Source: a virus (Duplodnaviria > Caudoviricetes). Taken from it: a stretch of DNA of 55,979 bases. A program made the position numbers and the translations under genes. This document shows, one piece after another, positions 17,699-27,392 of this stretch; position 1 is the stretch's first letter, and the number at the start of each line of letters is the position of its first letter. Where the stretch lies: IMG/VR virus record IMGVR_UViG_3300020045_002573, positions 1 through 55,979 of that record; one strand, 5' to 3'. A model generated the notes under the pieces. The model made no database searches and had not been told where the DNA came from. It saw only the letters and a list, made by a program, of their open reading frames with translations.

Positions 17699-17971
17699 TC
17701 AGAACTTCGTAACGCGAACTGTGATAGAGGACGAGGTCTTGTAGCAGTCAGCCAGGACTTCTTCGCCGAACTTGGCTTTGAGCAGGTCATTGTTCAGACG
17801 GTGAGTTTCGCTCAGAGTAACCGTCACCTGACCTTTAGCCGTGCGGTGAGCACCTTCACCCAGGGCGATAATCTGATCCTTGCGCTCGGCGAGTTCAAGT
17901 TCCAGCTTCTTGATCTTGGAATTGAGAGCGATGTACTCATCGATCATCGTGCGGGTTTCGAGTTCAGTCAT
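17699..17971 (-). CDS. Hypothetical phage protein
   Basis: 90 aa; AGGAG RBS; N-terminal coiled coil. Confidence 0.7.
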   Translation of the reverse strand: MTELETRTMIDEYIALNSKIKKLELELAERKDQIIALGEGAHRTAKGQVTVTLSETHRLNNDLLKAKFGEEVLADCYKTSSSITVRVTKF

Positions 17972-17980
17972 GATATACTC

Positions 17981-18502
17981 CTATTTGTCTAGAAGGTTAA
18001 GTATCGAAATCAGCTTTGGATAGAACTCGGCGGCGCTCTTTCCATCCATCGCAAGAACCTCGTCAGGTGTCTTGTTTCTCCACTCTTCAAAAGTGAAGCA
18101 TTTGCATCCGGCAATCAGCACGTTGTCAGCAACAACTGTCGTGTAGCTCATTCCAGTTATCACAATAGGAGTCTTCGACACCCACGCATCGCCAGACACC
18201 CACGCATCGCCAGACACCCACGCATTGCCAGTCACCCGCGCATTGCCAGACACCTGCGCATTGTCATACACCTGCGCATTGTCATACACCTGCGCATTGT
18301 CATACACCTGCGCATTGTCATACACCCGCGCATCGCCAGACACCCACGCATCGCCAGACACCTGCGACAGATTCGATTCGTTTTCGATCCAGCCGCCACA
18401 ATCGCCAGATGACACCACACCAACGATTGTCACAAGGGCGCGAATCCGCTTTAGCGTGCGCCTGCCCACAACCATCTCTTCGCCTGTAAATTCGTATTTC
18501 AT
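17981..18502 (-). CDS. Hexapeptide-repeat (left-handed beta-helix) phage protein
   Basis: MKYEFT...L.RIRA...GGWIE.E.NLSQ followed by about 10 (S/Y)(G/D)(D/N)A(W/Q/R)V repeats. Confidence 0.8.
   Translation of the reverse strand: MKYEFTGEEMVVGRRTLKRIRALVTIVGVVSSGDCGGWIENESNLSQVSGDAWVSGDARVYDNAQVYDNAQVYDNAQVYDNAQVSGNARVTGNAWVSGDAWVSGDAWVSKTPIVITGMSYTTVVADNVLIAGCKCFTFEEWRNKTPDEVLAMDGKSAAEFYPKLISILNLLDK
18177..18368. repeat. 18-bp coding tandem repeat
   Basis: Variants of ACACCTGCGCATTGTCAT / ACACCCACGCATCGCCAG in tandem. Confidence 0.9.
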
Positions 18503-18519
18503 GATATACTCCTCAGTTA

Positions 18520-18783
18520 TTAGTTAGTTGATTCACCAGAGCCGCCGCAGAAACCGCAACGCGTACCGTCATACATACCTTCGCCAGAGCCGTTGCAGTC
18601 TTTGCAAATGTTAGGTTCATCCTCGTCTTCATCTACTTCGCATTGGCAGTCGTCGCAGTGACCTTGAAGATTCAGATTGACGGCGTCATACCACTCACGG
18701 CAGTGTGAGCACATCTGATAACCTCGCTCCAACATCTCTTCTTCGGTGTTGATCAACTCGAATTCAAGGTTTTGAGTATTCAT
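18520..18783 (-). CDS. Small Cys-rich Zn-finger protein (DnaJ-like CxxCxGxG repeats)
   Basis: CSHC, CDDC, CKDCNGSG, CGFCGGSG; AGGAG RBS. Confidence 0.7.
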   Translation of the reverse strand: MNTQNLEFELINTEEEMLERGYQMCSHCREWYDAVNLNLQGHCDDCQCEVDEDEDEPNICKDCNGSGEGMYDGTRCGFCGGSGESTN

Positions 18784-18854
18784 TTTCGGCTCCTGTTATT
18801 TGTTAGATGCCCCTATTATAGTTCATGGGGGGCAAAGAAGTAAAGCATTATTTT
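18784..18854 (-). promoter_or_regulatory. Early promoter (copy of the 19824-19862 repeat) with conserved leader
   Basis: Minus strand TTTACT-18-TATAAT(18815-18820)-AGGGGCATCTAACAAATAACAGGAG. Confidence 0.7.
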
Positions 18855-18990
18855 GCCTCCTCCTCTTTCTTGGGTTTCCCGCCGCAAGATTCCTTTCATG
18901 AATATCAACATTACTGATCGGAGTAGAGGAGAAGGCGAGGTGGTTGGTCATTTCTTCATGAGATCTCCTTTCCTTCGAGTTTGGTCATGA

Positions 18991-19767
18991 TTAGGCAAGA
19001 TTCACGAGTTGGAACTTACGCTCATTGATCTCGACGATCTCCGGGCGACCTTCTTTGGCAGCGGAGTACAGCTTAGCCGTGAGTCGGTCTTGCTGACCGG
19101 AGGTCATCCACGTCGGGTTCTGTTTCCACATCTGGTACGCGTTGCTCCACTGACCCAGCGGGAGCATTTCATCGGTAGAATCATCAAAGGCTTCAATAGT
19201 ACGATTGAGTTTGAGAGAAGACTTCATAGTGTCAGCCTGAGTTTCGGACTTGGCGTGTTCTTTGTGCTCGACTTTAGCCTTGGCGCCAACTTCTTTGCCC
19301 GTTTCAATCCAATAGACCGTGCTACAGTTGTGGCAGAAACACTGGTCATCACCCTCTACCGTACCTTCTTTACCGTTGAAGGTTTGGTCTTCGGACTGAC
19401 CACACTTCGGGCAGGATGGATACATGGAATCGTAGTCTGTGCGAGGAGCCGTTACCAACATCTCTACTAGAGTGTGAGGCTGATCTTCCACAGGTTCCGT
19501 AACTTCTTCCATGGGTTCAACCGTCTGGGCAACTTCTTCCGGGGAGACAACTTCTTCCGGGGAGCCCATCACATCAACCGAAAACCCCTCACAGTTGGTT
19601 TCATCTTGCAGGCATTCAGCTTCTTCCAGCCAGAAGGAGAACGTGCCGTCATCGTGTTCAGTGATGAGTTCTTTGGCATGCTGCAGAGCGATTTCACCAA
19701 TCTTGGAGATGGCGCGGCGAGCATTGGCGCGGCTGGAGTAGGACTTGAGGGTTTTGGTGGCAGTCAT
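18991..19767 (-). CDS. Hypothetical early protein with Zn ribbon
   Basis: 258 aa; YSSRANARRA N-terminus, CPKC...CHNC; GGAG RBS; first gene after the leftward promoter. Confidence 0.75.
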   Translation of the reverse strand: MTATKTLKSYSSRANARRAISKIGEIALQHAKELITEHDDGTFSFWLEEAECLQDETNCEGFSVDVMGSPEEVVSPEEVAQTVEPMEEVTEPVEDQPHTLVEMLVTAPRTDYDSMYPSCPKCGQSEDQTFNGKEGTVEGDDQCFCHNCSTVYWIETGKEVGAKAKVEHKEHAKSETQADTMKSSLKLNRTIEAFDDSTDEMLPLGQWSNAYQMWKQNPTWMTSGQQDRLTAKLYSAAKEGRPEIVEINERKFQLVNLA

Positions 19768-19823
19768 TTGAATCTCCTTCAGTTATCGAGTTATCGGTAG
19801 TAGGTTTTTGCAACCGTGAAGCC

Positions 19824-19917
19824 ATTATAGTTCATGGGGGCAAAGAAGTAAAGCATTATTTTTGGGTCGAGGTAAATTATTTTTGCCTTGGCTTCAGAGT
19901 GGGGGCAGAGGTATAAT
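19824..19917. promoter_or_regulatory. Divergent promoter region
   Basis: Leftward TTTACT-17-TATAAT (19824-19852) and rightward TTGGCT-18-TATAAT (19888-19917) at the switch in gene orientation; both spacers contain GGGGGCA. Confidence 0.7.
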
Positions 19918-20057
19918 GGGCCAGGCTGCAAACCCATGCCTGGATAGGCCAAGTGCGAAGGTGCCGCGAAGAGACCGATAGCTATAGCTTACTATTGACA
20001 ATTGTGATAATCCGTTCTAGAGCGTTCTCGCCAGTTCTAGAACCATTGAAAGAACCT

Positions 20058-21584
20058 ATGAAACTATCTATGAAGCTCAGACCCTACCAACAAGAAGCGG
20101 TGGAGGAATGCTGGCAAGCCTTGCGCCGAGGAGAACACCCCGTGATTGCTCTACCTACCGGCAGTGGAAAGTCACTTGTGCTGGCGGAGGTGGCGCGCAA
20201 GATTCTGGACAAGGGAGGAAGGGTTCTCATAGCTACCCACGTGAAAGAATTGGTGGCGCAGAATGCCGCCGAGTTTCAAGGGCTGACCGGTATTGAACCG
20301 GGTATCCTGTGTGCAGGGTTGGAACGAACCGACAAAGGTCACGCCGTGTTGTTCGCTTCGGTTCAGTCCCTCTACGGTCCGGCCAAGCGGGGTGAGATAG
20401 AACCGTTTGACTTAATAATGGTTGATGAATGCCATTTATGCGCCGACAAGAGTAGTGATGCCAAGTTCTACCCCACGGTGTTTGCGGCCTTTCCAGATGC
20501 TCGACGTGTTGGACTTTCAGCCACACCTTTCCGCATCGATGGTCCGGTATATGGTGAGGGCAAATACTTCACGGACAAGTGTTACGATGCTGATGTGATT
20601 CAATTAGTCAAGGACGGCTACCTGGCTCCGTTGGTGGGTGTCAATGCCGCGCTCACTCTCAATATTAAAGGGCTCAAGAAGATCGCCGGAGACTACGATC
20701 AACGCTCAGTGGAAGAACAGGAGACCGACGCGTGGCTGGAAGCGGTCGCCGAGAGTGTCAAGGAGTTGTCCGAGGGAAGGAAACACATCGCGGTCTTCTG
20801 CCCTACGGTATCCGTGGCCGAACGCTCGGCGGCAATCTTCACCAAGACGGGAATGACAGCTTCAGTCGTGGTGGGTGAAACGGAAGACAGATCCGACTTG
20901 CTGGACTCCTGGAAGGCGGGAGACTTTCCGGTCATGTGCTCGGTAAATGTTCTTTCAACGGGTTTCAACTTCAAGGCTTTGGATTGTATCGTCTGTATAC
21001 GCCCTACCACCTCTCTTGGACTTTGGCAACAAGTTTTGGGCCGTGGAACTCGCACCAATGAAGGTAAGAAGAACTGTCTCATCCTGGACTATTCAGGTAA
21101 CCTGGCGCTCCACGGCGGTATCTGCGTTGGTATGGAAGACTGCTACACTCAAGTGTCGGACGGAGTAATCAAAGTCAGCCCGAAACCCAGGAAGCCTTCC
21201 GGTAACAAACGCTCGGTACAAATCACAGATCAACTCACCAACCTGGATCCCATGCTAGCTAGTCCGGGAGGCGCCAAGGTGCGAGTCCGCGGAGTATCCT
21301 ACATAGTAATCAGCAGCAAGAGTCAAGAAGGTAAGAGCCTCCTGATGGTTCAATACGATTGCCTGGTGGAAGGGGGAGCGCATGTCACGGCTTCGCAGTT
21401 CGTTTGTGTGGAGTATTCAGGGTGGGCGCGCAAGCAAGCGGAGGATTGGTTTGCTCGACGACGAGCCACCGCTCCATTCAAGGCTGAGCAAGCTCAGACG
21501 ATGAGTTGGGGTCTCCCAACACCTAGAGAACTGACTATCAAGAAGAATGGAAAGTACATGAATGTAATCCACGAGCACTTCTGA
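20058..21584 (+). CDS. Superfamily 2 DNA helicase (RadD/YejH-like)
   Basis: LRPYQ, PTGSGKS, DECH, SATP, TGFN, QVLGRGTR. Confidence 0.9.
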   Translation: MKLSMKLRPYQQEAVEECWQALRRGEHPVIALPTGSGKSLVLAEVARKILDKGGRVLIATHVKELVAQNAAEFQGLTGIEPGILCAGLERTDKGHAVLFASVQSLYGPAKRGEIEPFDLIMVDECHLCADKSSDAKFYPTVFAAFPDARRVGLSATPFRIDGPVYGEGKYFTDKCYDADVIQLVKDGYLAPLVGVNAALTLNIKGLKKIAGDYDQRSVEEQETDAWLEAVAESVKELSEGRKHIAVFCPTVSVAERSAAIFTKTGMTASVVVGETEDRSDLLDSWKAGDFPVMCSVNVLSTGFNFKALDCIVCIRPTTSLGLWQQVLGRGTRTNEGKKNCLILDYSGNLALHGGICVGMEDCYTQVSDGVIKVSPKPRKPSGNKRSVQITDQLTNLDPMLASPGGAKVRVRGVSYIVISSKSQEGKSLLMVQYDCLVEGGAHVTASQFVCVEYSGWARKQAEDWFARRRATAPFKAEQAQTMSWGLPTPRELTIKKNGKYMNVIHEHF

Positions 21585-21741
21585 TTTGGCTTTTGATTCA
21601 AAATCGAGTATGCTAATACGGTGGTGTCTTCCGGTCGCCACCGTTAGGTCGCTCCCAGCATTTGAATCCTCGGGAGTTAGCTAATAGCTCTCGAGGGTTC
21701 TCCCTTACACCGGACACAATAACTAACCGGACAAGAAGAAT

Positions 21742-24222
21742 ATGACCAATAGTAACGTCGTGAAGATGGCTCCAAAGGCTCTGAATTCTACTCAGGCCTG
21801 CGCTCGTCTCAGGGAAGAAGGTTACGATGAACTGAAGCATCAAGAGTTGGTGCGCAAGACTTACCACGAATTGATAGAAAATGGGCTGCGTCCGGTATTG
21901 CTTCACAAAGCACTCAAACGCCCAGTAGGAGACGAATGGCTCAAACGTCCAGTCCCTCACGTAAGTGACTTCTTAGGGTACCATAACATCGGTATCTTCA
22001 CGGGAGAAGCGGGTGGAGGCATTTGTGATATTGATATTGACATCGAAGAACTTATAGACGTATTACCCCATTTCCTTCCCGACACTCCATATAAGTTCGG
22101 ACGCTTCTATGGTACTGGAAAACAAAAGCTAGGACATTGGTTATACAAGGTGTCCGACTCCGGCAAAGGAGTGATGGAGGTAAAGAACCCATACGGTAAA
22201 GGGGCGGTAGAAGTAAGAACCGAAGGGCGGCAAACTATGTGCCCTTCCAGCGTATTCGTAGATCACGAAATAGGCTTTCAAGTTGATTGCGTCCGCTGGG
22301 CAGATAACTCCTCTGCTATCCCCAAAGGAACTATCACTGAAACCACTCGAGCCTACCTGTATTTGTGCGCTAGAGTAGGGGCCGCCTCTCACTTCGCTTT
22401 GGAGCAATTCAAAGGCGGCAAGTTTCATGATGACATGTTGTACTGGTGCGGCTTCCTGGTCGCCGCCGGAGTACCCGACGAGCTGATTGAAAAGTCGGTT
22501 CGGTATATCGCCAAACACTCAGGTCAGACCGGACTTGAAGACCGTCTCAGCTCTCTGGAATCCACCAGAAAGGTCTATACGGAAACGGGCAAGGTAGCCG
22601 GCATAGGCTACCTGTACAATTCCGATCGCTGGCCCAAACCTTTGTGCAAATGGCTCTCCAAGACCATGAAACAAGGGGACAAGGATCTAGAGGATGAACG
22701 CCCTCAGGTTCGTATAGTAACCTCTCGTGAGCCGCAATGGTTAGATATCACGCTGGAGGCAATGGTCTCTACCCAGAAGTTCTATCAGATGGCCGGGCAA
22801 GCCTGCGTGGTGACCAAGAACGAAGGCAAAGCTCATATAGTTCCTCTGGACAAAAGTGTTAATGCGTCCTCCTGGCTTACTCGAGAGATACGCTTCACAC
22901 AATCCAACATGGACAAAGCCACAGGGGTTATCACGGATCAGGATATCAAATGCCCTACGTCTCTGGCGTTGGAAATAGCGGATCCTTCCACATACAAAGG
23001 TGAGCTGCCGGTACTATTGGGAGTCAGTAACACTCCATTGATAACATCCAAAGGCAAGGTGATAGAAGAAGCCTGGGCGTACGATAGCGAATTGAAACTA
23101 TTCTTCGCCTCCGAGTTCCCCGTACAACCCATGTACCACGATGAAGCTCTACCTATATTGAACGAGATACTAGGAGACTTCCCCTTCGTAGGTAAACGCT
23201 ATCGAGCCGCTGCGTTGTCGGCTATCCTCACGGCGGTCGTCCGCCCCGTTCTCGATATATGCCCGTTGTACGTCATTACGTCCTCGCAATACTCCGATGG
23301 TAAGTCAGTTTTGAGCGGTCTAATTGCTGCGTCTTGTGGTGTAGAAGCCTCGATGGCCGCGCTCACTAGGGGTGGCTCAGACGAAGAGCAAGAGAAGCAA
23401 CTCTCGGCCATTCTCAGCCGTGGCCGTAGGGTGGTTACGTTAGACAATCATGACGGTGAGTTCCGCAGTGCCGCTCTGACGGAGACTCTTACCTCCACTA
23501 ATCCCGAGTTCCGAGTCCTAGGAAAGAATGAGACTCGATCGGTTCCCAACAAGACTATGTTCCTCCTCAACGGGGTAAACACTACTCCCGCCCTGGATCT
23601 TCAGACTCGTAGCGTATTTGTACGCCTAGCTCGTACGTCGGTAGATCCCGATAGAAAGTTCAAACACCCGGATGTCGTGGGATACGCGCTAGCCAATAGA
23701 GCCCGATTAGTGAGTGCTTCCATCAGTCTTATCAAATGGTCCATGGATCAAGGAGACGGAGATTGGAAACCCAACCATCGATTCAAGATCTGGGACTATA
23801 TGATTCGCCGTGCGGTGATGCTGGCATGTGGTGTGGATATTGCTCCTCCCGTAAGTGAAGATGAAGACCGTACCATAGATTCATCGGAAGAGTCTCGTTA
23901 CAACTTCCTGGAGTTTGCCCTCCACCTCTGGGTGACAGGGTTGCGTAGTGCTAAAAGCAAATCCGGCAAGTACTTTACCGCAGCGGATATAGCTCAGAGA
24001 ATAGGAGTGGAATCTCCGGAAGAAACCTGGGTGACTACGCTAAGCAAACGTCCTAGGCAAGATTTGACTCAACGATGTGGCGTGGCTATGAACATTGTCA
24101 AAGAATATCCCTTTGCCGATAAGATGGGGGCAGTGTGGAGACTTACTAGCTATGTGGTAGATAAACGCTCGGCATACCGATTTGAGCAAGTCGGTGGGGG
24201 CAGTACAAATGAGGGGGGCTAG
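21742..24222 (+). CDS. Primase-polymerase fused to a helicase/ATPase-like domain (replication protein)
   Basis: Prim-Pol motifs NIGIFTG...DIDID, HWLY, EVR...QTMCPSS; C-terminal degenerate P-loop (SDGKS), VTLDN, RVLG, LNG.N. Confidence 0.75.
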   Translation: MTNSNVVKMAPKALNSTQACARLREEGYDELKHQELVRKTYHELIENGLRPVLLHKALKRPVGDEWLKRPVPHVSDFLGYHNIGIFTGEAGGGICDIDIDIEELIDVLPHFLPDTPYKFGRFYGTGKQKLGHWLYKVSDSGKGVMEVKNPYGKGAVEVRTEGRQTMCPSSVFVDHEIGFQVDCVRWADNSSAIPKGTITETTRAYLYLCARVGAASHFALEQFKGGKFHDDMLYWCGFLVAAGVPDELIEKSVRYIAKHSGQTGLEDRLSSLESTRKVYTETGKVAGIGYLYNSDRWPKPLCKWLSKTMKQGDKDLEDERPQVRIVTSREPQWLDITLEAMVSTQKFYQMAGQACVVTKNEGKAHIVPLDKSVNASSWLTREIRFTQSNMDKATGVITDQDIKCPTSLALEIADPSTYKGELPVLLGVSNTPLITSKGKVIEEAWAYDSELKLFFASEFPVQPMYHDEALPILNEILGDFPFVGKRYRAAALSAILTAVVRPVLDICPLYVITSSQYSDGKSVLSGLIAASCGVEASMAALTRGGSDEEQEKQLSAILSRGRRVVTLDNHDGEFRSAALTETLTSTNPEFRVLGKNETRSVPNKTMFLLNGVNTTPALDLQTRSVFVRLARTSVDPDRKFKHPDVVGYALANRARLVSASISLIKWSMDQGDGDWKPNHRFKIWDYMIRRAVMLACGVDIAPPVSEDEDRTIDSSEESRYNFLEFALHLWVTGLRSAKSKSGKYFTAADIAQRIGVESPEETWVTTLSKRPRQDLTQRCGVAMNIVKEYPFADKMGAVWRLTSYVVDKRSAYRFEQVGGGSTNEGG

Positions 24223-24553
24223 CAGAAAAATTAAGGGGGGCTATGGGGGCAAGTGGGGGCAGTAAAATAAGTTTTTGAATAAAGCTAAAGAAAACAAAGG
24301 CTTGTAAGTAAGGGGGGCTCAGGTGGTGAGGGGGGCTCTTTACACGACCTATATTTTTAAATTTTTTTTATCTATCTATCTCTCAGTTTAGCCCCCCTCA
24401 CCCCCCTTAAAAAGAGGGGCAATAGAATAGAGTAAAATGGGGGCAATTTAGGGGCAAATGGGGGCACAAATTAAGGGGGGCTCTGGTGCTTTTAGCCCCC
24501 CTATGGAGCCCCCCTTAGTCGACAGCCCCCCTCACTTGTTTTAGGGGTATAAT
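24196..24553. repeat. G/C-tract iteron array, probable replication origin
   Basis: Nine AGGGGGGCT copies (5 top strand, 4 bottom strand), about 7 GGGGCA copies and an AT-rich tract near 24349-24375, directly after the primase gene. Confidence 0.7.
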
Positions 24554-24589
24554 TGAGCATTGAATAAGTGCTATTTAGGAGACATCGAA

Positions 24590-25513
24590 ATGGCTGAAAT
24601 GAATTACAAACACCGTGGAAGTCTTTCCATGTATCCGTCGCCGTCGTGTGCAAAGTTCGATCACTTGCCGCTGGATCAGCGCGTCAAGATTGCGCAATAC
24701 CGCGTGCCGTCTTTCCGACCGACAGGAGTGATTCCCACTCACGACGAAACATACACGCAAGAATGGTGGAATAGTTTGACGGGAGATGAACAGAGCGCCG
24801 CCTTCTGGTCCGCCATGTTTCCTCATCGGATTGATCCAGACTTCGTGAGCCGTCGTCTGGTAATGGCGATTAACTTCTACGGAACCGTCGAGCCTTGGAA
24901 CGCCTGGTCATGGTACGAAGGATGCCCTACCCACCTTAGGACGCGTATCGATGAGGCGCTTAGGGCAGCCCCTAGCGCACTAGAAGCAAAGTCCTCGAGC
25001 TCCCTTTACAAGCGTGTGGCGAGTGTCTGGGGTGATCGTCCGATTATGCGCCACGATGAGGACATGGAGCACTTTCATTGGATGGAAGAGTGGGTGTTTG
25101 AATACGAGACGCAACAACTGATCGACATAGTGATTGAATTGGCTCCGGAGATACAGCATGAGCGGAGACTATTGAATCAAGCCATGGGTCTGGATATTGA
25201 AGCGGGTAAGATACCGAGTCAAGCGGAAGGATTGGACGATACACAAGCTGCGACCGTGAGATGGCTTCAAGCCTCGGGTGAGATGCCGCTGGAGTTCCTG
25301 GCTAGGACTTACCGATCCGAGAACTTCAAGATCACCGATCGTATTTCGGCGGCTCGCACTCTGATGGATTATGTTCACAGGAAGGTGCCGGTCAAGACTG
25401 AAGTGGAATCCAAGGATATCACCGAGCCGAAGCTGGATTCAAAGCTGCTCAAGGGATTGAATGAGAAAGAACTTGACCTGCTGGAGAAACTCTTGTCCAA
25501 GATGAGTAAGTGA
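24590..25513 (+). CDS. Probable terminase small subunit with long N-terminal extension
   Basis: AGGAG RBS; C-terminal MPLEFL...RISAA...DYVHRK motif; directly upstream of the large subunit. Confidence 0.6.
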   Translation: MAEMNYKHRGSLSMYPSPSCAKFDHLPLDQRVKIAQYRVPSFRPTGVIPTHDETYTQEWWNSLTGDEQSAAFWSAMFPHRIDPDFVSRRLVMAINFYGTVEPWNAWSWYEGCPTHLRTRIDEALRAAPSALEAKSSSSLYKRVASVWGDRPIMRHDEDMEHFHWMEEWVFEYETQQLIDIVIELAPEIQHERRLLNQAMGLDIEAGKIPSQAEGLDDTQAATVRWLQASGEMPLEFLARTYRSENFKITDRISAARTLMDYVHRKVPVKTEVESKDITEPKLDSKLLKGLNEKELDLLEKLLSKMSK

Positions 25514-25514
25514 G

Positions 25515-27080
25515 ATGAACCATACCAGCCCCATTATACTGCTAGACAGTATACGTAAGGAGCGAGAGGTAAGAGCAGCTGAAGCCTCCCTGGCGGAGTT
25601 CGCTAAGCAAGCGTGGCACGTGTTGGAACCTGCTACCGCGTTGAAGTGGGGCTGGGCCTTGAATGCTATCTGCCTTCACCTACAAGCGGTGAGCGATGGG
25701 GATATCACTCGACTACTGATGAATGTTCCACCGGGCTCCATGAAGTCCCTGCTGACTAACGTCTTCTGGCCGGCATGGGAGTGGGGGCCGTTGGACAAAC
25801 CTCACATGCGATTCCTCAGCACGGCTCACAAGCAGGACCTGGCGGTGCGAGACAATATCAAGTGTCGCCGCCTGATTCAGTCTCCGTGGTATCAAGAGCG
25901 TTGGCCGATGACGTTGATGGGAGACCAGAACGCCAAGACCAAGTTCGAGAATGACAAGACCGGCTTTCGTGAGGCGATGGCCTTCACCTCCATGACCGGC
26001 TCTCGTGGTGACCGTGTAACCCTGGACGATCCGCTCAGCGTGGATGACGCCAACAGCGAGGCGGCTCTATCTGCGTGTGAATCGACCTTCCGTGAAGCCC
26101 TACCTACCCGCTTGAACGATGATGCCACCTCGGCTATCGTAGTGATCATGCAACGACTACACGAGAAGGATCCTAGTGGTATCATTCTGAGTGAGAGACT
26201 AGGATACGAGCACCTATGCCTACCGATGGAGTACGAGGCCGACCGCAAGTCCGTGACGTCCATAGGCTTCACTGACCCGAGGACCCAGGAAGGTGAGCTA
26301 TTGTTCCCTGAGCGATTCAACGCTAAGACCGTGGAGTCCTACAAGAAGACGCTAGGTGAGATGGCTTATGCGGGTCAGATGCAACAACACCCTGCTCCTG
26401 CGGGTGGTGGTATACTGAAGGTCAATCACTTCCAACTCTGGCCCCATGACCGTGAGCTACCTGTAATAGAGTTCGTGGTGCAAGGTTACGACACGGCGTA
26501 TACAGAAAAGACCACCAATGACCCTACCGCATTCCAAGCATGGGGAGTCTTTACCTATGCTGGTAAACGTGGAGCAATATTGTTGGACGCTTGGGCAGAT
26601 CACATGACGTTTCCAGACCTACACGCTAAGATGGTGGAGGAATGGCATAGTGTATATGGTAAAACCGGGGAGCGTAAAGGTAAGAAGGCGGATGTGATGT
26701 TGGTTGAAGCTAAGGCTTCAGGGTTATCATTGATTCAATCGTTGCGGCAGTCCAACCTACCTGCCGTGGCGTACAATCCGACTACGGACAAAGTGAGTAG
26801 AGCGCACCAAGCGGCTCCAATACTTGAACTTGATTGTCTTTACATCCTTGAATCAGCAAAGGATCCAGGAAAGCCAGTTACTTGGGCTCGTAGTTTTGTG
26901 AGTGAATTAGAGAAGTTCCCTAATGGAGCGCATGATGATCAATGCGACGTGTTTTCCATGACTATGATTTACCTGCGCGACAACTCCTGGTTAGAACTGG
27001 ATAGAGCTGACGATGATGAAGTAACTGAAATTGATTACTACGCTCTCAAGAAGCGGAAGATGAATCCTTACGCATGTTGA
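25515..27080 (+). CDS. terL: Terminase large subunit
   Basis: LLMNVPPGSMKS, TG.RGD...DDP, IMQRLHE.D, YDTA, VEAKASG, FPNGAHDDQCD. Confidence 0.93.
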   Translation: MNHTSPIILLDSIRKEREVRAAEASLAEFAKQAWHVLEPATALKWGWALNAICLHLQAVSDGDITRLLMNVPPGSMKSLLTNVFWPAWEWGPLDKPHMRFLSTAHKQDLAVRDNIKCRRLIQSPWYQERWPMTLMGDQNAKTKFENDKTGFREAMAFTSMTGSRGDRVTLDDPLSVDDANSEAALSACESTFREALPTRLNDDATSAIVVIMQRLHEKDPSGIILSERLGYEHLCLPMEYEADRKSVTSIGFTDPRTQEGELLFPERFNAKTVESYKKTLGEMAYAGQMQQHPAPAGGGILKVNHFQLWPHDRELPVIEFVVQGYDTAYTEKTTNDPTAFQAWGVFTYAGKRGAILLDAWADHMTFPDLHAKMVEEWHSVYGKTGERKGKKADVMLVEAKASGLSLIQSLRQSNLPAVAYNPTTDKVSRAHQAAPILELDCLYILESAKDPGKPVTWARSFVSELEKFPNGAHDDQCDVFSMTMIYLRDNSWLELDRADDDEVTEIDYYALKKRKMNPYAC

Positions 27081-27128
27081 ACTTAAGGTATAATAAACGC
27101 TCGATTCGCCACCTTCTAAGGATATAAC

Positions 27129-27392
27129 ATGACCTCGATAGCCGAAGCCCTAGACCAAGACGACAATGAGCTAGAAAACGCCATAGAAGCCACCCCCGAG
27201 GGTGGTAAACGCTCACTCCGTGCCTGTGTTAATGCTCACTGTCGCGATTGCATCTACGATGAACATGCGAAGGGTGCCGGCAATTGGCGCCAACAGATTG
27301 CCGCCTGTACCGTGACCAAGTGCGCGTTGTATTCAATCAGGCCTGTATCTAAACCGAAGCCAAGGAAGAGGTTGCCCGAATCCGAGGAATGA
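27129..27392 (+). CDS. Small Cys-rich hypothetical protein
   Basis: CRDC...C...C.LY..RP pattern; TATAAT upstream. Confidence 0.7.
   Translation: MTSIAEALDQDDNELENAIEATPEGGKRSLRACVNAHCRDCIYDEHAKGAGNWRQQIAACTVTKCALYSIRPVSKPKPRKRLPESEE

Noticed and set aside
19920-20045. tRNA or defined ncRNA upstream of the helicase
   Set aside because: Short stems exist (CCAGGC/GCCTGG, GTTCTAGA/TCTAGAAC) but there is no cloverleaf or T-loop consensus. No tRNA was recognised anywhere in the window.
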